Counted from the stretch's first letter, positions 13,936-27,042 are shown. The stretch is DNA of 64,000 nt from Sphyrna mokarran (GCA_024679065.1 JAGIQG010000001.1:162750001-162814000); one strand, 5' to 3'. The notes: a model not told the origin generated them from the sequence alone. Numbers and translations are program-made.

Positions 13936-15150
13936 TCTTGTCTTTATCATATTTCAGTGCTCCAGAAAGTACAACATTCTGTTAATGGCTGTCTTTCAAT
14001 TTCATTCCTCCTTCCTGTGCCAGCATTTCACTCTTAACTACATTAAACTTCATCTGCCATTATTATATCCCACTTACTTGGTATTCCAAGTGTGGTCTTA
14101 CTAATGTCTTGTACATCTTCAACAAGATGTCCTTATTGCTGAAATCAAGCATGCTAATGCCTTCTTCACTACTCTGTCCATCTGTGGCTCCACTTTCAAG
14201 GAGCTATGAACCTGTATCCCTAGATCTTTGTTCTATAACTCTCCCCAATGTCCTATCATTAAGTAAATCCTGCCCTAATTTGATCTTACATAATATTTAA
14301 ACCATATTTTAATTTATGATACAGGAAAAAGATTTGGAAATGAGACTGTTTCGAGCCCTTTCAGACAACAGAAGTGAAGTGGACCCAAACGCCTTCTTTA
14401 AAAACTGTGTAGCCTCCATGTTAACTTTCTCCCAACAGGCAGCAGAGGGCAAAAAGGGAATTTACAAAATGTTAATACTGGAAACATATCCCCAACCCAC
14501 CACATATACACACACATCCGTCAGCATTTTCACAATGATAAACTTAATGTCATGTAAGTAGCTCGACTTGGATAGTCATTCTTTCCAGAGCCATTCAAAC
14601 TCTCTGCCACTTGGCTGCCCTCTTCTTCCCTCCTTCCATTCTCCCCCAACTTCTTGTAATGGTGACCTTGCAAGCCCCAATTTTTACCTCATTCTCTCCT
14701 GCAGTGGTTCATTTGTCAAGCCTTGATTTTTATTTCTCTCCACCTCTTCCCCCTTTTCTCCACCACCAGGCAGTGTCCTGATGGTTTCCTCTATTTTTGC
14801 CCTTGTGCCATCAATTTTCTTGCTTGCCAACCTGTCGACGTGGTTGACTCCTGGGTGAGACATGGCCAAAAAGTATTTATAATGAGATCCTACCATTATA
14901 GTCAGCAAACTTCTGCAACCCTGGCCTTACTGGGTTTCCTCAATACTCCCTTGCATCCTTCCTACTTTCTCATAATAAATGTTTAAGATGCTGCCAATTG
15001 TTAAAAGTCATGTCCAATAATTTTTGGGAAAGACAAAATGCAAACACACAAACAACCAAAGCAGTATTAGTTAGCAATCTGATAAGGATAGTATTAATAC
15101 ATTGCTCCAGCTGCATGCTACAAATGAAGAAAGATAAATAGTAGATTTAC

Positions 15151-15213
15151 CCTTTCTTCTAGTTCACTGCACTCTAATCTCAGTCTAGCAATCACATCCC
15201 GAGAAAGGTATGC
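15151..15213 (-). CDS. HOOK3: Candidate alternative HOOK3 cassette exon (AYLSRDVIARLRLECSELEER) between exons 8 and 9
   Basis: 63 nt, phase 0/0, no stop codon; branch-like ttttaac plus pyrimidine tract ending ccttgctttgaag; donor AGG|gtaaat; peptide is coiled-coil-like. No transcript evidence. Confidence 0.6.
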
Positions 15214-18200
15214 CTTCAAAGCAAGGCAAAGTTGAAGGATGTTAAAATTTAATCTCAAACAAGACACAGAAGAGGAAAAATGAGCGAATAAGTAAAACTA
15301 TACATGATAGAGAATTTAGGGACAAAGCATCCAAACCTTGCTGAAATCAAGGAAAATTAGAGTTATGTGAAAGCTCCCTTTGTCATTACGCACTTCAACA
15401 AGAAAGCATCATTGTATCTGCAGTTGCACTGTTGAAAGGAGAAATACAAGGAAGGAAGCTTAGTGTATAAATGTCATCTGAACTTGCAGATTAAACCACT
15501 ACATTAAATTTACTCATGTATTTGCTATTCTCAATATTAAAGATCCACACTTATAAAATGGCATTGGATTAAGTAACTGATACAATGAGAAAGGCAAAGA
15601 TAGATTACTTTTGATAGCAAGGTTGAGATATGAAACATGACTTCACTGACCACTATAATACTAGAATTTTTCTGAAGCAGAAAACTGCATTTTACAATGA
15701 AAACTGAATGTGAGTAAACTATTGGATTTGGAAATGCATTTATCAAATAATTACTGGGATATCCACAGACTACCACAGTCAGATTTATTGCAGTTCTCTG
15801 CAATAAATAATTGAACGTTTACTTCAAGATTTTCAAACCATCATGTAGAATTACCTAGAAGTTACAGAACAGAAAAGAGCTGTTAGGTATGTGTTTATGT
15901 TGATTACCCAAAAGAGAATGAAGTTTAATTTACATGCTTGCCCTATTCCCTGATCCTTTATTATTTAACCTCTTAAAATGTTCATGTGATCTGTACTTCA
16001 AATCACTAACTGTAGCACATTCCACAATCCCATGGCTGCCCATGTAATAAAAGGTTTTGGTGCTTTGTTTTTTTTATTTATTTGTGTAACAATGTTACTG
16101 CATTCTACACCCTTCTATCATTGGAAATAGACCTTTCCTATATATTTTGCTTTTTACTTTACTTTCTCAAATTAAGCAGCACCCAAATGAATCAAGGCTG
16201 CACCTTCTATTTTGCTGCAATATCTTTCTAATAGTATGGAGCACAAAACAGCACAGGTATTCAAGGTTTTATTGAGCCATTACATTTCATTTTTTAATGT
16301 TACATACTTGTCACAAAGTATTACTTAAACAACACCTCATGTTTGTTGATTGAATTCCATTTGAGATTTTTCACCCATTCCACCATCTTGGCAAACCTAT
16401 GTGCATTTTCTTTTGGTCTGCAAAACTATTTATTGTGCCCTCACCTTTTAATATTGTCCACAAATCTGGACACCATTTCCTCTGGTCTAATATTTAAATC
16501 ATTGGTGTGTAACCAACACAAGTGGGATCACCTCAACACCTACTCATTTCCTAACTAGTTTTTAATCTAATTTTCTACCCTCCCTCTAATTCTGTAATAC
16601 TTTGTCAAAAGATTTCTGAAACTTTATACAGATCATATGAATAACATTCCTCCTTATGTCACTTCCCAGACACACCATGTACTGCTTCCTTCCTAAAACT
16701 TACATAACCCATTTCTAATTATTTTCTTGTCATCTAGACACTTAACATTTTCAAAATTTTCCCTATCACATTAAAGTAATTGGTTTGTAATTATCCTTTT
16801 TGAAAATGTGTAGTACATGAACCAATTTACAGTCATCCAACATTTAACCACTCAATTACATCATGAAATATAGCAGTGAGAAGCACGTGAAGTGCTGCCA
16901 CCTTATTATCCTTAGCTTACCTAACATCTTTAATATCTTTCAATTAATTTTTTTAATTAATTCAGCATTGACCGACATCATGGTATTCTTCAGGTAAAAT
17001 AAAAACATTGAAAATAAGATCTCACCGGCAAGCAAGTAAGATTGTGAAATGTTACGGGTCAGAGCGGTTCAATAAATATACAAAATGTACATTCATGAAA
17101 TCCAATCTAAAAGATGTTCACAAGACTAATTCCTGGCAGTAGGCTGGAGACAAAGAATGGTAATTTGTGATATCATATAACAGTTTTCAAATATGTTCAA
17201 TCAAATTTCATCATATTTCCGTGGCATGGAGAGTTTGAGAAAAGAATGACAATAAATACATCAAGAGGAACAAAATAGAAACTTCGGGTACCATTCATCA
17301 CTGATCTTCTATTTGAGAGTCTCTCACAAAGAGGCATTTGCTAACTATCATTAAAAACTGTGTTCTCATGTAAGATACTGAAAATCAGCACTCATAAACC
17401 AAAAGATTTTTTTCTTTCTGTCTCCCTTTCATGTTAAGAGTCAAAGGGCTTGGTGGCATGATAGAAAAGTGTATGATTCTTTCTCTTTTAAGACCCTAGC
17501 TTGGGTCTAGCCCAACCAATAGAACAAATGTCTCCTCTTTATGCTGACTGCCAGAATCTTATATGCAATCAGTCTGACCACGCTCAATCTGTATTTAACA
17601 CGCACAACTCCACTCTCACAATTTGACAAAACAAGACATCATCTGATGTTTCTAACGCATCTGGCAACAACATCTGAATACAGGAATGTCATTCAATTGT
17701 GAAAACGGATGTGAAATTTGTGAAAAAGATTGACTCGTCCCCGTGCACTCCATGCTTCTGTTTCATACTTGTGTTGTTATCCTGCTTCGTCACTGATCTT
17801 CCCTCAATCAATGCTGCTTATGAAACTCATTCTAGATCAAACCTCTGCTGCAATGCATTTAATGTTCTTCTGAACGCAGCTTTATAAGTCCAAATTAGAT
17901 GCAACTCAAGTATAACAACAACCACGTCAACAGTATATATAATCCAAGTCTCTTAATTTTATCAAAGAATCATGAAAACTGAAGCATTGCAGAAATTAAT
18001 TTGCCGCATTAAGGTTGTGTCAGTACAAGCTATTCAAGTAGAGTTGTCTGCTCTCATTCCCAATTTTCTGGGCTCTCCATGTCCTTTTACATTTTTCTTC
18101 TCCAAAGATATACAATTCCCTTTGAAACTAATTGCAATCTGCACTTTACTACCTACATGCAGCAAAACAACTCCACAATAAGCTAACATGAAGAAGTTTT

Positions 18201-19636
18201 TATAATTTTCCCTCTGTTTTTCCAGTAATAATTCTGATCTACGAAACTGATTTACCATTCTGTAAAAACAAGCCGCAACTCTCAAAATTCTTAATTTTCA
18301 AACAACTTTATTGGATCCATATCAAACCTCTTAATGAAAAAGGTGTCCATTTTGCAGCCTTCTCCCATAACTTTAATCCTAGTCGATCTTTGCTGTACTT
18401 CCAAGGCTGACATCATTTCTATAATAAAATGCATAGAACTGTGTGCAACTCACTAAATATGACCTCACCAATGTCCTGTACAAATTCAACATTTTTTCTT
18501 CAATATTTAAGGCACTACACATAAAATTCAGAATCTTAATTGCATTTATGGTCTTTTCAGTGTATATTTTCCACATTTAAAGATGCATGCATTGCTGGTT
18601 TTCCTCCACCAACTTAAGGATCTTAAAATTTAGGGCATATTTCCTATGACAACCCTTTTTTCTCAAAATTAACTTTCATTTTTGTGCATTGAGTAACATA
18701 ATGAGTAAAATATGTTTTCTTCTGTCCTTCTTTAGTCTAGCCATAGCCATGTTCCTACTCTAAGCCTTCATCCGCTGGTCTTTTCAAAGATAAAGTTGCT
18801 GGTCGGCCATTTCTTTACACAAAGTAATCTACGCTTCACAAACTTCAAGAAATTTCTTCAAAATTTTTTCCTCACTCGGGATAGGTGGAGAATAAAACAG
18901 TAACTGTTTTTCGCCGAGATTACTCTGGTGAACCAACATTATATCATTTCTACTGCTTAAATGTCCCATATATCTTGCAGAACGTGGTCTGCTGACCTTG
19001 GAACTCAGTTTAAGCAACCTTCTAACATGTAATAGATAGATATTTCATCTAGATATTCTGCAGATCCCAGACTCTTACAATGGACATATCATACTTAGCA
19101 TTAGCCTAGATCTAATCCTGCCATGCTGCTCTTACATTTCCTTGCAACCCTGGACTCTATCAGCCAGAAAAGTTCTCAATAATCTTGCTCTTGCTATCGC
19201 AACACAGAAATCTTACTTAAACTAAACCAACTCCTTTATTTCCTTTTATTAAATCTTGAAAGCACAAGAAACCAATACAATATGCAATATTTCAATGGTC
19301 TGCTCATGGCCTGTACTATCAAGCAAGTTTAGAGCATCATCGTTACCTGTATAAATCCGGACAGTATGTGAAATTATGAACATTACTCTAGGTCACTACA
19401 CTAAAGGTGCTTTCTATTTTTAAATTCATCTTCATTTACTGGGTGACACTAGTATGCCTATTACTAGTTGCCCTGAAAAAGTTGTGGTTGGATACCTTCT
19501 TGAATTGCTGCAGTCTTGCGAACAAAGGCTGTACTTAAATACAATGTTAAAACGGATCTCAGAAAACCAATCCATTTCAGAAACTAACTGGGGAACAAAG
19601 TCAAATTCGAAGTCCAATTGAATGGTGGAAATATAC

Positions 19637-19720
19637 CTGCATATCTAGTTCATGGCATCTTTGTGAAATTTCCTCCTTGGCAGCCAAAGCTTCATTTAGC
19701 TCTTCACTGGTTTTCTTCAA
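19637..19720 (-). CDS. HOOK3: HOOK3 exon 8 (LKKTSEELNEALAAKEEISQRCHELDMQ)
   Basis: 84 nt; acceptor tctttcttag, donor gtatat; coiled coil. Confidence 0.96.
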
Positions 19721-20774
19721 CTAAGAAAGAATACAAATGAAAAAAAAAATATTGTTTAAGTACCATGATGCAAGGATTCATAGCATGTGTGCATAGATGA
19801 TGTACACAAGAGTTTCCATAAGCCTGAAAAATATTATAAATCTATCCAACAACATTTAAAGATCATTTAGTCCATTGTGTCCATGTAGACTGAAATGGAG
19901 TTATCCAACTTAATTTCAGCCTCCAGCTCTTGGACTATAATCTTATATGTAAAGGCACTCCAAGTGTATATCCAAGTGATTTTTCATTTACATGCAACAA
20001 TTTTTTCTGCCCCTATCACCTTTTAAGCAGCAGGTTTCAGATCCTCACTACACCCTCTGAATGAAAAAAAAACCTCAAATCTCCTCTAATCCTTCTACCA
20101 CTTACTTTAGATCAATGCTTTCAGGTTATTGACATCTCTGTTAATGGAAATAGGTTCTTCCTATTGAGGCTCTTCCATACATCAATTGAATCTCCTTCAG
20201 CATCTTTTGTTCCAAAGAAAATGACTACAACCAATCAACATTTTGTAATCTGCTTTACATTGCCTCTAGTATGATGACATCATTCCTATAAGTAGTGACC
20301 AGAATTGTACAGTACCCTAACTACAGCTTAGCTTCTGTTCTTTACCAGGGTGTCCACCTTTTTTTTGCAAAAGAATCCACTTTACAATTTTCTTTTCACT
20401 CAAGAGGCCAATGACTATGTTTCAGAAAGCTAAGATATGGGACATTACACATGAACATCAAAAAAATTCAAAGTCAATGCAATAAATTGTTAATTTGAAA
20501 ATTAACAAAAATGGCTATTCAAAAGTGCCAAAGAAGCAGCATTAGCTAATAAAATCTTTTTTGCCATTTTGCTGAAGAAGCAGAGCTCCAGAGCCTCAAG
20601 TCCTGGTCAGCTGAGAAAAGGAGGCGACTGGAGCCAAGCTAAGAAATTAGGTTTAATTAATACTGTCCTTGCAAGCTCTCTGACGGCACACATTCTGAGC
20701 TGATCTCAGTGGGGGTCAGAAGCGAACTGCCCTTCAGCCTGGGCTTTCTTCCTTTCCTGGCCTGCTTTTGCGCA

Positions 20775-21150
20775 AGTCCCACTCCAGGTATTGAACACAA
20801 AAATCAACCTTCACACATCAATGCAGTGTTGAGAGAGCACTGCATCCTTGGAGGTGCTGTCCTTGACCTGAAGTCCAATCTGCCTGCGGGGGAGGACATA
20901 ACAGACCTCATGGCACTATTTTGAAAAGGAGCAAGGGAATTATTTCCAGTGTCCTGGACAATATTTATTTTTCGATCAATGTCACAAAAAACATGATCTA
21001 GTCATCATCACATTGCTTTTCATGTGAGCTTACTGAATGCATATTAGCAGTTTGTTGCATTACAACAGCATTACACGTTAAAAAATACTTCAGTGGCTAC
21101 AAAATGTTTTGAGGAATCTGTAAAAGCACAATAAAAATGCAAGTTTTTCT
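20775..21150 (+). mobile_element. Deu-domain SINE remnant (SacSINE1/AmnSINE-like)
   Basis: gtgtcctggacaatatttat...tcacattgct...cattacaacag...aaatgcaagt resembles the recalled Deu-domain and tail; related, more degenerate copies near 39250-39610 (+), 25960-26290 (-) and 47000-47400 (-). Confidence 0.65.
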
Positions 21151-21849
21151 TTTTTTCCCCAATGTGCCTACATTCAAAATATATACCCTATCCAACTCCT
21201 TACACATTAACCAGTCCATTCTAAGTTCTTTGCAATGACGCATGGCTTAGTTTTTCCTGAAAAGGCTTTTGTTTTTGTTGTCAAAGATAATTCAGAATTT
21301 TTCTGTGTTTGGGACGAGAAGCAACAGGATTTAACTGTCCATGTTGAAAAATCACAAAACTAGCACATAAATTTAAAAAAGAATTCAAAATGCTAAGAGA
21401 ATGTCAGCTGTTATTTTAAATAATCAAAATTGAGGAAATGCTGTTTGTGCACTTCTTTGATTAGACTCCATTAGCTTTAGGCACGGAATTGTCAGAAAAA
21501 AGGCAAGTTGACTAGCTTACCCGTTTCAAAAAAATTACATGAAAAAGTGGTTTGCATAAATTTGGTTTATCAACCCTTTGAGTTTAGAACATTGAGGGAA
21601 TGATCTGAAAAGGTATTTCAGATGACTGAAAATTTCAATAGGGTAGATATAAAAAAGTTAACATCTGCAATGTCATTTAGGAACGTAACCAGAAATCACT
21701 TGAAATATACTTTGCAAAAGGCTTTGGGTGCTGGGTCAAAGTTTAAAACCAAATTTGATATCAAGGATATAGAACGAATGCTTATAAATGAAGCTGAATG
21801 CCAAAATAAACTCCAAGTTTAGTAGCTACTCATTTTATTACGTTCCTAC

Positions 21850-21912
21850 CTGGCGATCAAGGTCCAGATAAGCATCATTCCCAACTGACGCTGGAGTTTC
21901 TTTACTCATAAG
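21850..21912 (-). CDS. HOOK3: HOOK3 exon 7 (LMSKETPASVGNDAYLDLDRQ)
   Basis: 63 nt; acceptor tgtttttgcag, donor gtagga. Confidence 0.95.
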
Positions 21913-22608
21913 CTGCAAAAACAGAGTGAATTAATCTGTGCCAAAAACAAAGAACAAAACAGCACGGGAAACAGGCCCTTTGGCCCAACGAGCCTCTGCC
22001 GCCACTTTGATGTTCCCAGTTCTCCCCATGATCTCTGTCTATGTTTATAGACCTACGCATTAGAACCAAATTTGAGACAATTTAGGGAGAATTTGTTCTG
22101 CCAATTAGCCTAAGAGCACATCTTTGGGATGTGGAAGGAAACTGGAGCACCCGGAGAAAACCCATGCAAGCATAGGGAGAATGCGCAAGCTCCCTCAGAC
22201 ACAGGCCCAAATCCATGTATTTGCACTGCACAGCAATAGTCATTCAGCTGTCGTGTTGCCCATCAAATGGTCCAGGTCAAGCGTACACAAACGATGTGAA
22301 GCCCTAGGCTACTCTCGAAAAATATAAGAGCAGCCCTCTCACGACCCATCGCGTGTATGCCTCTTGTCAGACAACAAGTCGGACCAAAGCACCTGTAGGA
22401 TAAAACAATTACATCAATAGCATCAACAATTTACACACTTCCCAGGGAACTCCCAAGGCTTATGATCCTTATTTTAAATCAGTTTTCTATATCCCTTCAT
22501 TCCCATTCTGTTCATGTGCCCATCCAAGTATCTCTTAAATAACTCCAGAGTGCCTGCCTCCATCACTTTACTTGGCAGCGTGTTCCATACCCCCCCACTC
22601 TCTTTCAA

Positions 22609-24358
22609 CTAACCTCCCATAAGGGACTTTGTCAAATGCATTACTGAAATCCATATAGATGACATCAACAGCTCGCCCTTTGTCACCTCCTCAAAAAATT
22701 CTACCAGATTCGTAAGGCACGACCTCCCCTTAACAAAGCCATGCTGCATATCCCTAATCAGATCGCAACTCTCTAAGTGCCTATACATTCTATCTCTAAG
22801 AATTCCCTCCAACAGCTTCCCTACCACTGACGTCAAACTCACTGGCCTATAATTTCCAGGGTTATCCCTACCACCCTTTTTAAACAACGGTACAACATTA
22901 GCTATTCTCCAGTCCTCTGGGGCCTCACCTGTGTCCAAAGAAGAGACAAAGATTTGTGTCAGAGGCCCAGCAATTTCACCTCACACCTCCCTAAGCAGTC
23001 TGGATAAATGCCATCAGGCCCTGGAGATTTATCAGTTTTAATGCTACCTAGAAGCTCTGACACTTCCTCCCTCGGTACGGATATTTCTCTCAACTGATCT
23101 ACCGCTCCCTCAGAGACCGGTCAACAAGCCCCTCTCCTTCGTGAATACTGATGCAAAGTATTCATTCAGGATCTCCCCCATTCCCTTGGGCTCTAAGTGC
23201 AGTTCCCCTCCTCCGTTCTTAAGAAGTCCGATTTTTCCTCTAACCACCCTTTTATTCCTAACATAGAAGTAAAAAACCTTTGGATTTTCCTTAATCCTAT
23301 CTGCCAAAACCATTTCATGCCCCCTTTTTGTCCTAACTCTCCGTTTGAGCTCCCTCCTACTCTCTCTATATTCCTCCATCGCTCTCTCCATTCCCAGCTG
23401 CTTTGACCTAACATACGGCTCTCTTTTCTTCCTAACCAAGTCCTCAATATCCCTAGTAATCCACGGCTCTCGAATCCTACCTTTCCCATCCTTCCACTTA
23501 GCCGGCACATATCTTTCTTGCAACATTTTCAGTATTCCCTTGAAAGGATCCCACATGCCTAGCGTGGACTTACCCTCAAACAACCGTTCCCAATCAGTTT
23601 CCATAAGTTCCTGCCTAATCCGACTGTAGTTAGCCTTCCCCCCATTCAGTACCCTTCCCCTAGGGCAATAAGCATCCTTTTCCATTTGTATCCTAAGGTA
23701 GACAGAATTGTGGTCACTGTTCGCCACATATTCCCCTACTACAACCTCAACCACCTGACCTGGCTCATTACTCAGAACTAAATCCAATATTGCCCCCTCT
23801 CTAGTCGGACTAGCTACATACTGCTCCAATGAATTTACAAATTCCTCCCCATCCGAACCCCCAGCTCTAGGTACCTACCAATCCACCCAAGGGGATTAAA
23901 ATCTCCCACTACGACAACTCTGTTCTTTCTGCACCTATCCAAAACGTCTTTACGTGGGCTGTTGGGTGGCCTAGCATAGTAATTGCCCCCTTCCTATTCC
24001 TCAACTCCACCCACAGCGACGCAACTCATAACTCCTCTATATTGTCCTCCCTCTGCACTGCTGTGATGCTCTCCCTAACAAACAACGCCACTCCCCCACC
24101 TCTTCTGAACCCTCCTCTGTCACACCTGAAACACTTATACCCAGGAATATTCAGCTGCCACTGCTCCCCTTCCTTTAACCACATCTCTGTCACTGCAACC
24201 ACATCCAAGTTCCTTGCAAACATTAACGCCCTAAGTTCATCTGTTTTTCCTGTTATGCTCCTCACATTGAAACAGACACACTCCAGACCTCCAAGCACAC
24301 TCGGAACCTCCTTCTCCCTGGTGTATTTCCTCTCATCCAAGCTTACTCTATCTCCCAT
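22609..24358 (-). pseudogene. CR1 ORF2 remnant (APE endonuclease + N-terminal RT), frameshifted
   Basis: ORF-track pieces 24026..24358, 23110..23829 and 22609..22938. Confidence 0.9.
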
Positions 24359-24410
24359 CTCGCTCCCTACCGAGCTATTGGTCTCATCCCCTCCCCACTT
24401 CCAGATTAGT

Positions 24411-25320
24411 TTAAACCCTACCGAAACACTCCAGCAACACTCCAGCTAACCTCCCAGCTAAGATATTCACACCTTTCCCATTTAAGTGTTCCCCATTCCT
24501 TCTATACAGGTGCCCTTCTTTCACAAATACTTCCCAGTTATCCACAAATATAAAACCCTCTGCCCTACACCAATCGTTTAGCCATGCATTCAGCTGTAGG
24601 ATCTCATTTCTCCTGGCCCTACCGTTACCTGGCCCTGGTGGCAGCCCTAGGATCGCCACCTTGGAGGCCCTGCTCTTCAGCCTACCCCCAACTCCCTGAA
24701 CTGCCTTCATATATCCTCCCTGCTCTTCCTTCCTACATCCTTCTCTCCTACGTGGATAATCACATCCGCCTGGGTCCCCTCACCATTCAAAATGCCCTCT
24801 ATCCTGTCAGACACATCTTGCACCCCTTTTCCAGGGAGGCAAACTACCATCCTGGAGTCCTGCTTTTGACCACAGAACCGCCTATCTATTCTTTTAACCC
24901 TCCCATCCCCCACCACCATCTCCCTTCTAGCCCCCTTCCTCTCTGAGGTACTCTGGTCCTCCTGCCTTACCTTTTTTACCCCTCTGCCTCGATATTTTGG
25001 GGGACTGCCAACAGGGAAGTCTTTGGACTATTGTCCCTCTCCTTTTTCCCCTTCCTTACAGTAACCCACCTGTAAGGGTCAAGTTCCCCCCACTCAGGCT
25101 CTGGGTTCACCACCTTACTATGCCTCCCTTCCATGATTGCCTCGTTCTTCCTGACTAAAAATACATCTTCCAATCGCTGCTCTAGATGCTTGGCCCGAGC
25201 CCTCAGGCACTGCAGCTCCAAACATTTGACGCATATGTGGACTTTTGGGAGACACCTTGCCTCCAGGAACTCCCACGTGACACCGTACCAGGTGAGGCTT
25301 CTTCCCGTAATACCTGCCAT
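24411..25320 (-). pseudogene. CR1 ORF1 remnant (zinc-finger/leucine zipper + SGNH esterase-like domain), frameshifted
   Basis: ORF-track pieces 24976..25443, 24707..24919 and 24411..24710: HICVKCLELQCLRARAKHLEQRL, VVGDG..RFCG..SRMVVCLPG, VIIHVG, LNAWLNDWCRAEGFIF. Confidence 0.85.
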
Positions 25321-27042
25321 TGTCCTGAACATCTTTGGAGGTGTGAACGCAATTGGAAAACCAGCAACACCTTGCCTAAGCCTGCTCTCGCCTAAGCCCA
25401 GAGAGCCAAAGCTCTCAAATCTCTCAATCTGCTGCCTGCTCACTCCACTGCTGCTTTCTTTTTATACTCCCCCACTCCCTTCCCAGCTACCCCCATGCCT
25501 AACTACAGCAGCAAAAAGCAATCAAAAAACCCGCCAACCAGAAATAGAGAAAAAAAGCAAATTAAAAATTTTTTCACACTCAGCCAACAGCACTTCCAAA
25601 CACACAGTTCCAGAGAAGAACAATAAAAAGAAGCCCAAAATTGTTCCCAACAATATTCCTTTAGAATAAAATGGCAAAAGTAAACAAGTTGGATAATGGA
25701 GATAATACAAAAAAATTACAAAAACAAAATTCAAAAGCCTCAAAGCTAGAGAAATTGTTAGAGATCAAAAGCTTCAACGCTCCACAACTCCCCTGTCCCA
25801 TCAGTACTGGAAATCATTTTGAACTAGTATTTTTTTAAAAGCATAATCAAGTAAAATTATCAATATTTTTTTAAAAATAAATGGGCTGAGAGAGAATAAA
25901 ATTAACCATATACTAATTACACATATTCATAACTCTTGCTTTGTATTTGAACACGCATAATCACGTTACTGCTTTAGAAGTACTTTTGAAGTGTTATTGC
26001 TACTGTAGGGAATCCTGACTGCAAATTTGCACAAGCAAAGTTCCGAGAACAGCAGTGGTATAAATTACAAAATAAACCTCTTTTTTTCAAAAAGCAATAG
26101 CGGTCAAGGGATCAGTTTCCCAGAACAATAGAGAACTCTCCCGCTCGTCTTCCTATTATGCCTCAAATGTTTTTTAATCACCAAGTGGGTAGAGAGATTG
26201 TGTGTTTAACATTTGATCCAAAAGATAACATCAAACACTTCAGTGTCCCCTCTGAAGTCAGTTTGGTGAATGTTGTTGAATCTTAAAGGTGGAGCTTCAA
26301 CTTCCATTTCGGAAAACACTGAATGATACTGACAGCAATTTAATTTTGATTATTTTTTATCTAATTTACACATAAGATGTTTTAATTACGTAGAGTAAAA
26401 CTCTAGACTTTTTTAAAAAAATATATGGTTTATTAATGAACCAAAGATGAAATGTTTTCATACAAGTTAACCATTATCAAGTATTGCTCTGTTCAGATTA
26501 GTTTTCCATTGACTTGTTCAGATTGGAATTTCCCTTTTGCAAATAATTATATAGTTACTTCCCATTGTAAACATAATCAACTCATTCCTCAGGTTGATTT
26601 TTTTGAGTGGAGTGGTGATGAGGACAGTTTTAGAAAAAGTGAGATAATGCTTAAGAAGTGAGTATAATTTACAATGCAGTTGGGGGTTAGGAAAGGTAAA
26701 TCAGAAAGTTCATCTTCCACTTCTTTGCTCGGACAACAAAATGTCAGTCTATAGCTAAACATATCATCTTGAATGGCATTTAGATTCACCTGTCCTGAAA
26801 AGAACATTTTTCAGGATTTCATGATTTGATTTCTAGACAATGGAAATACAAGATAATTTGCCATAATTGAAAAAGAAACTGCCAGCATTTAAATTCATGT
26901 CGTAGAAACACCCTCTAATAATTAAATAATAATGGTTAATAATTTAAAAATATCTGTATAGGTAGAAAAATTAAGGAGCGTAGCAATCTGAGATACACAA
27001 CGATAACATAGAAGTGGAAGGCAGCATGCATAAACAACCCAC

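Larger units (their letters stand above)
21947..25500 (-). mobile_element. Young CR1-clade LINE, copy B (near full length: ORF1, endonuclease, partial RT, large internal deletion, 3' UTR); the 5' end may extend to ~25800
   Basis: ORF1 has CxxC/leucine-zipper and SGNH-esterase-like segments; APE endonuclease motifs (NVRS, VTEMWL, GGGVALFV, LDLVL, SDHN); RT start NYRPVSLTSVVGKLLE; same 3' UTR as the other copies. Confidence 0.93.

Noticed and set aside
14340-14372. Minus-strand CTGAAAGGGCTCGAAAC, hammerhead-like
   Set aside because: It does not match CUGANGA and has no formable stem II; at best a badly deleted remnant.
20345-20420. cagggtgtccacc resembling a hAT terminal inverted repeat (similar motif near 11244)
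   Set aside because: No matching second terminus or target-site duplication was found.
25133-25669. 178-aa plus-strand ORF antisense to CR1 ORF1 and its 5' region
   Set aside because: Low-complexity and lysine-rich from base skew, with no recognisable domain; only one copy is available, so an ORF0-like role cannot be supported.
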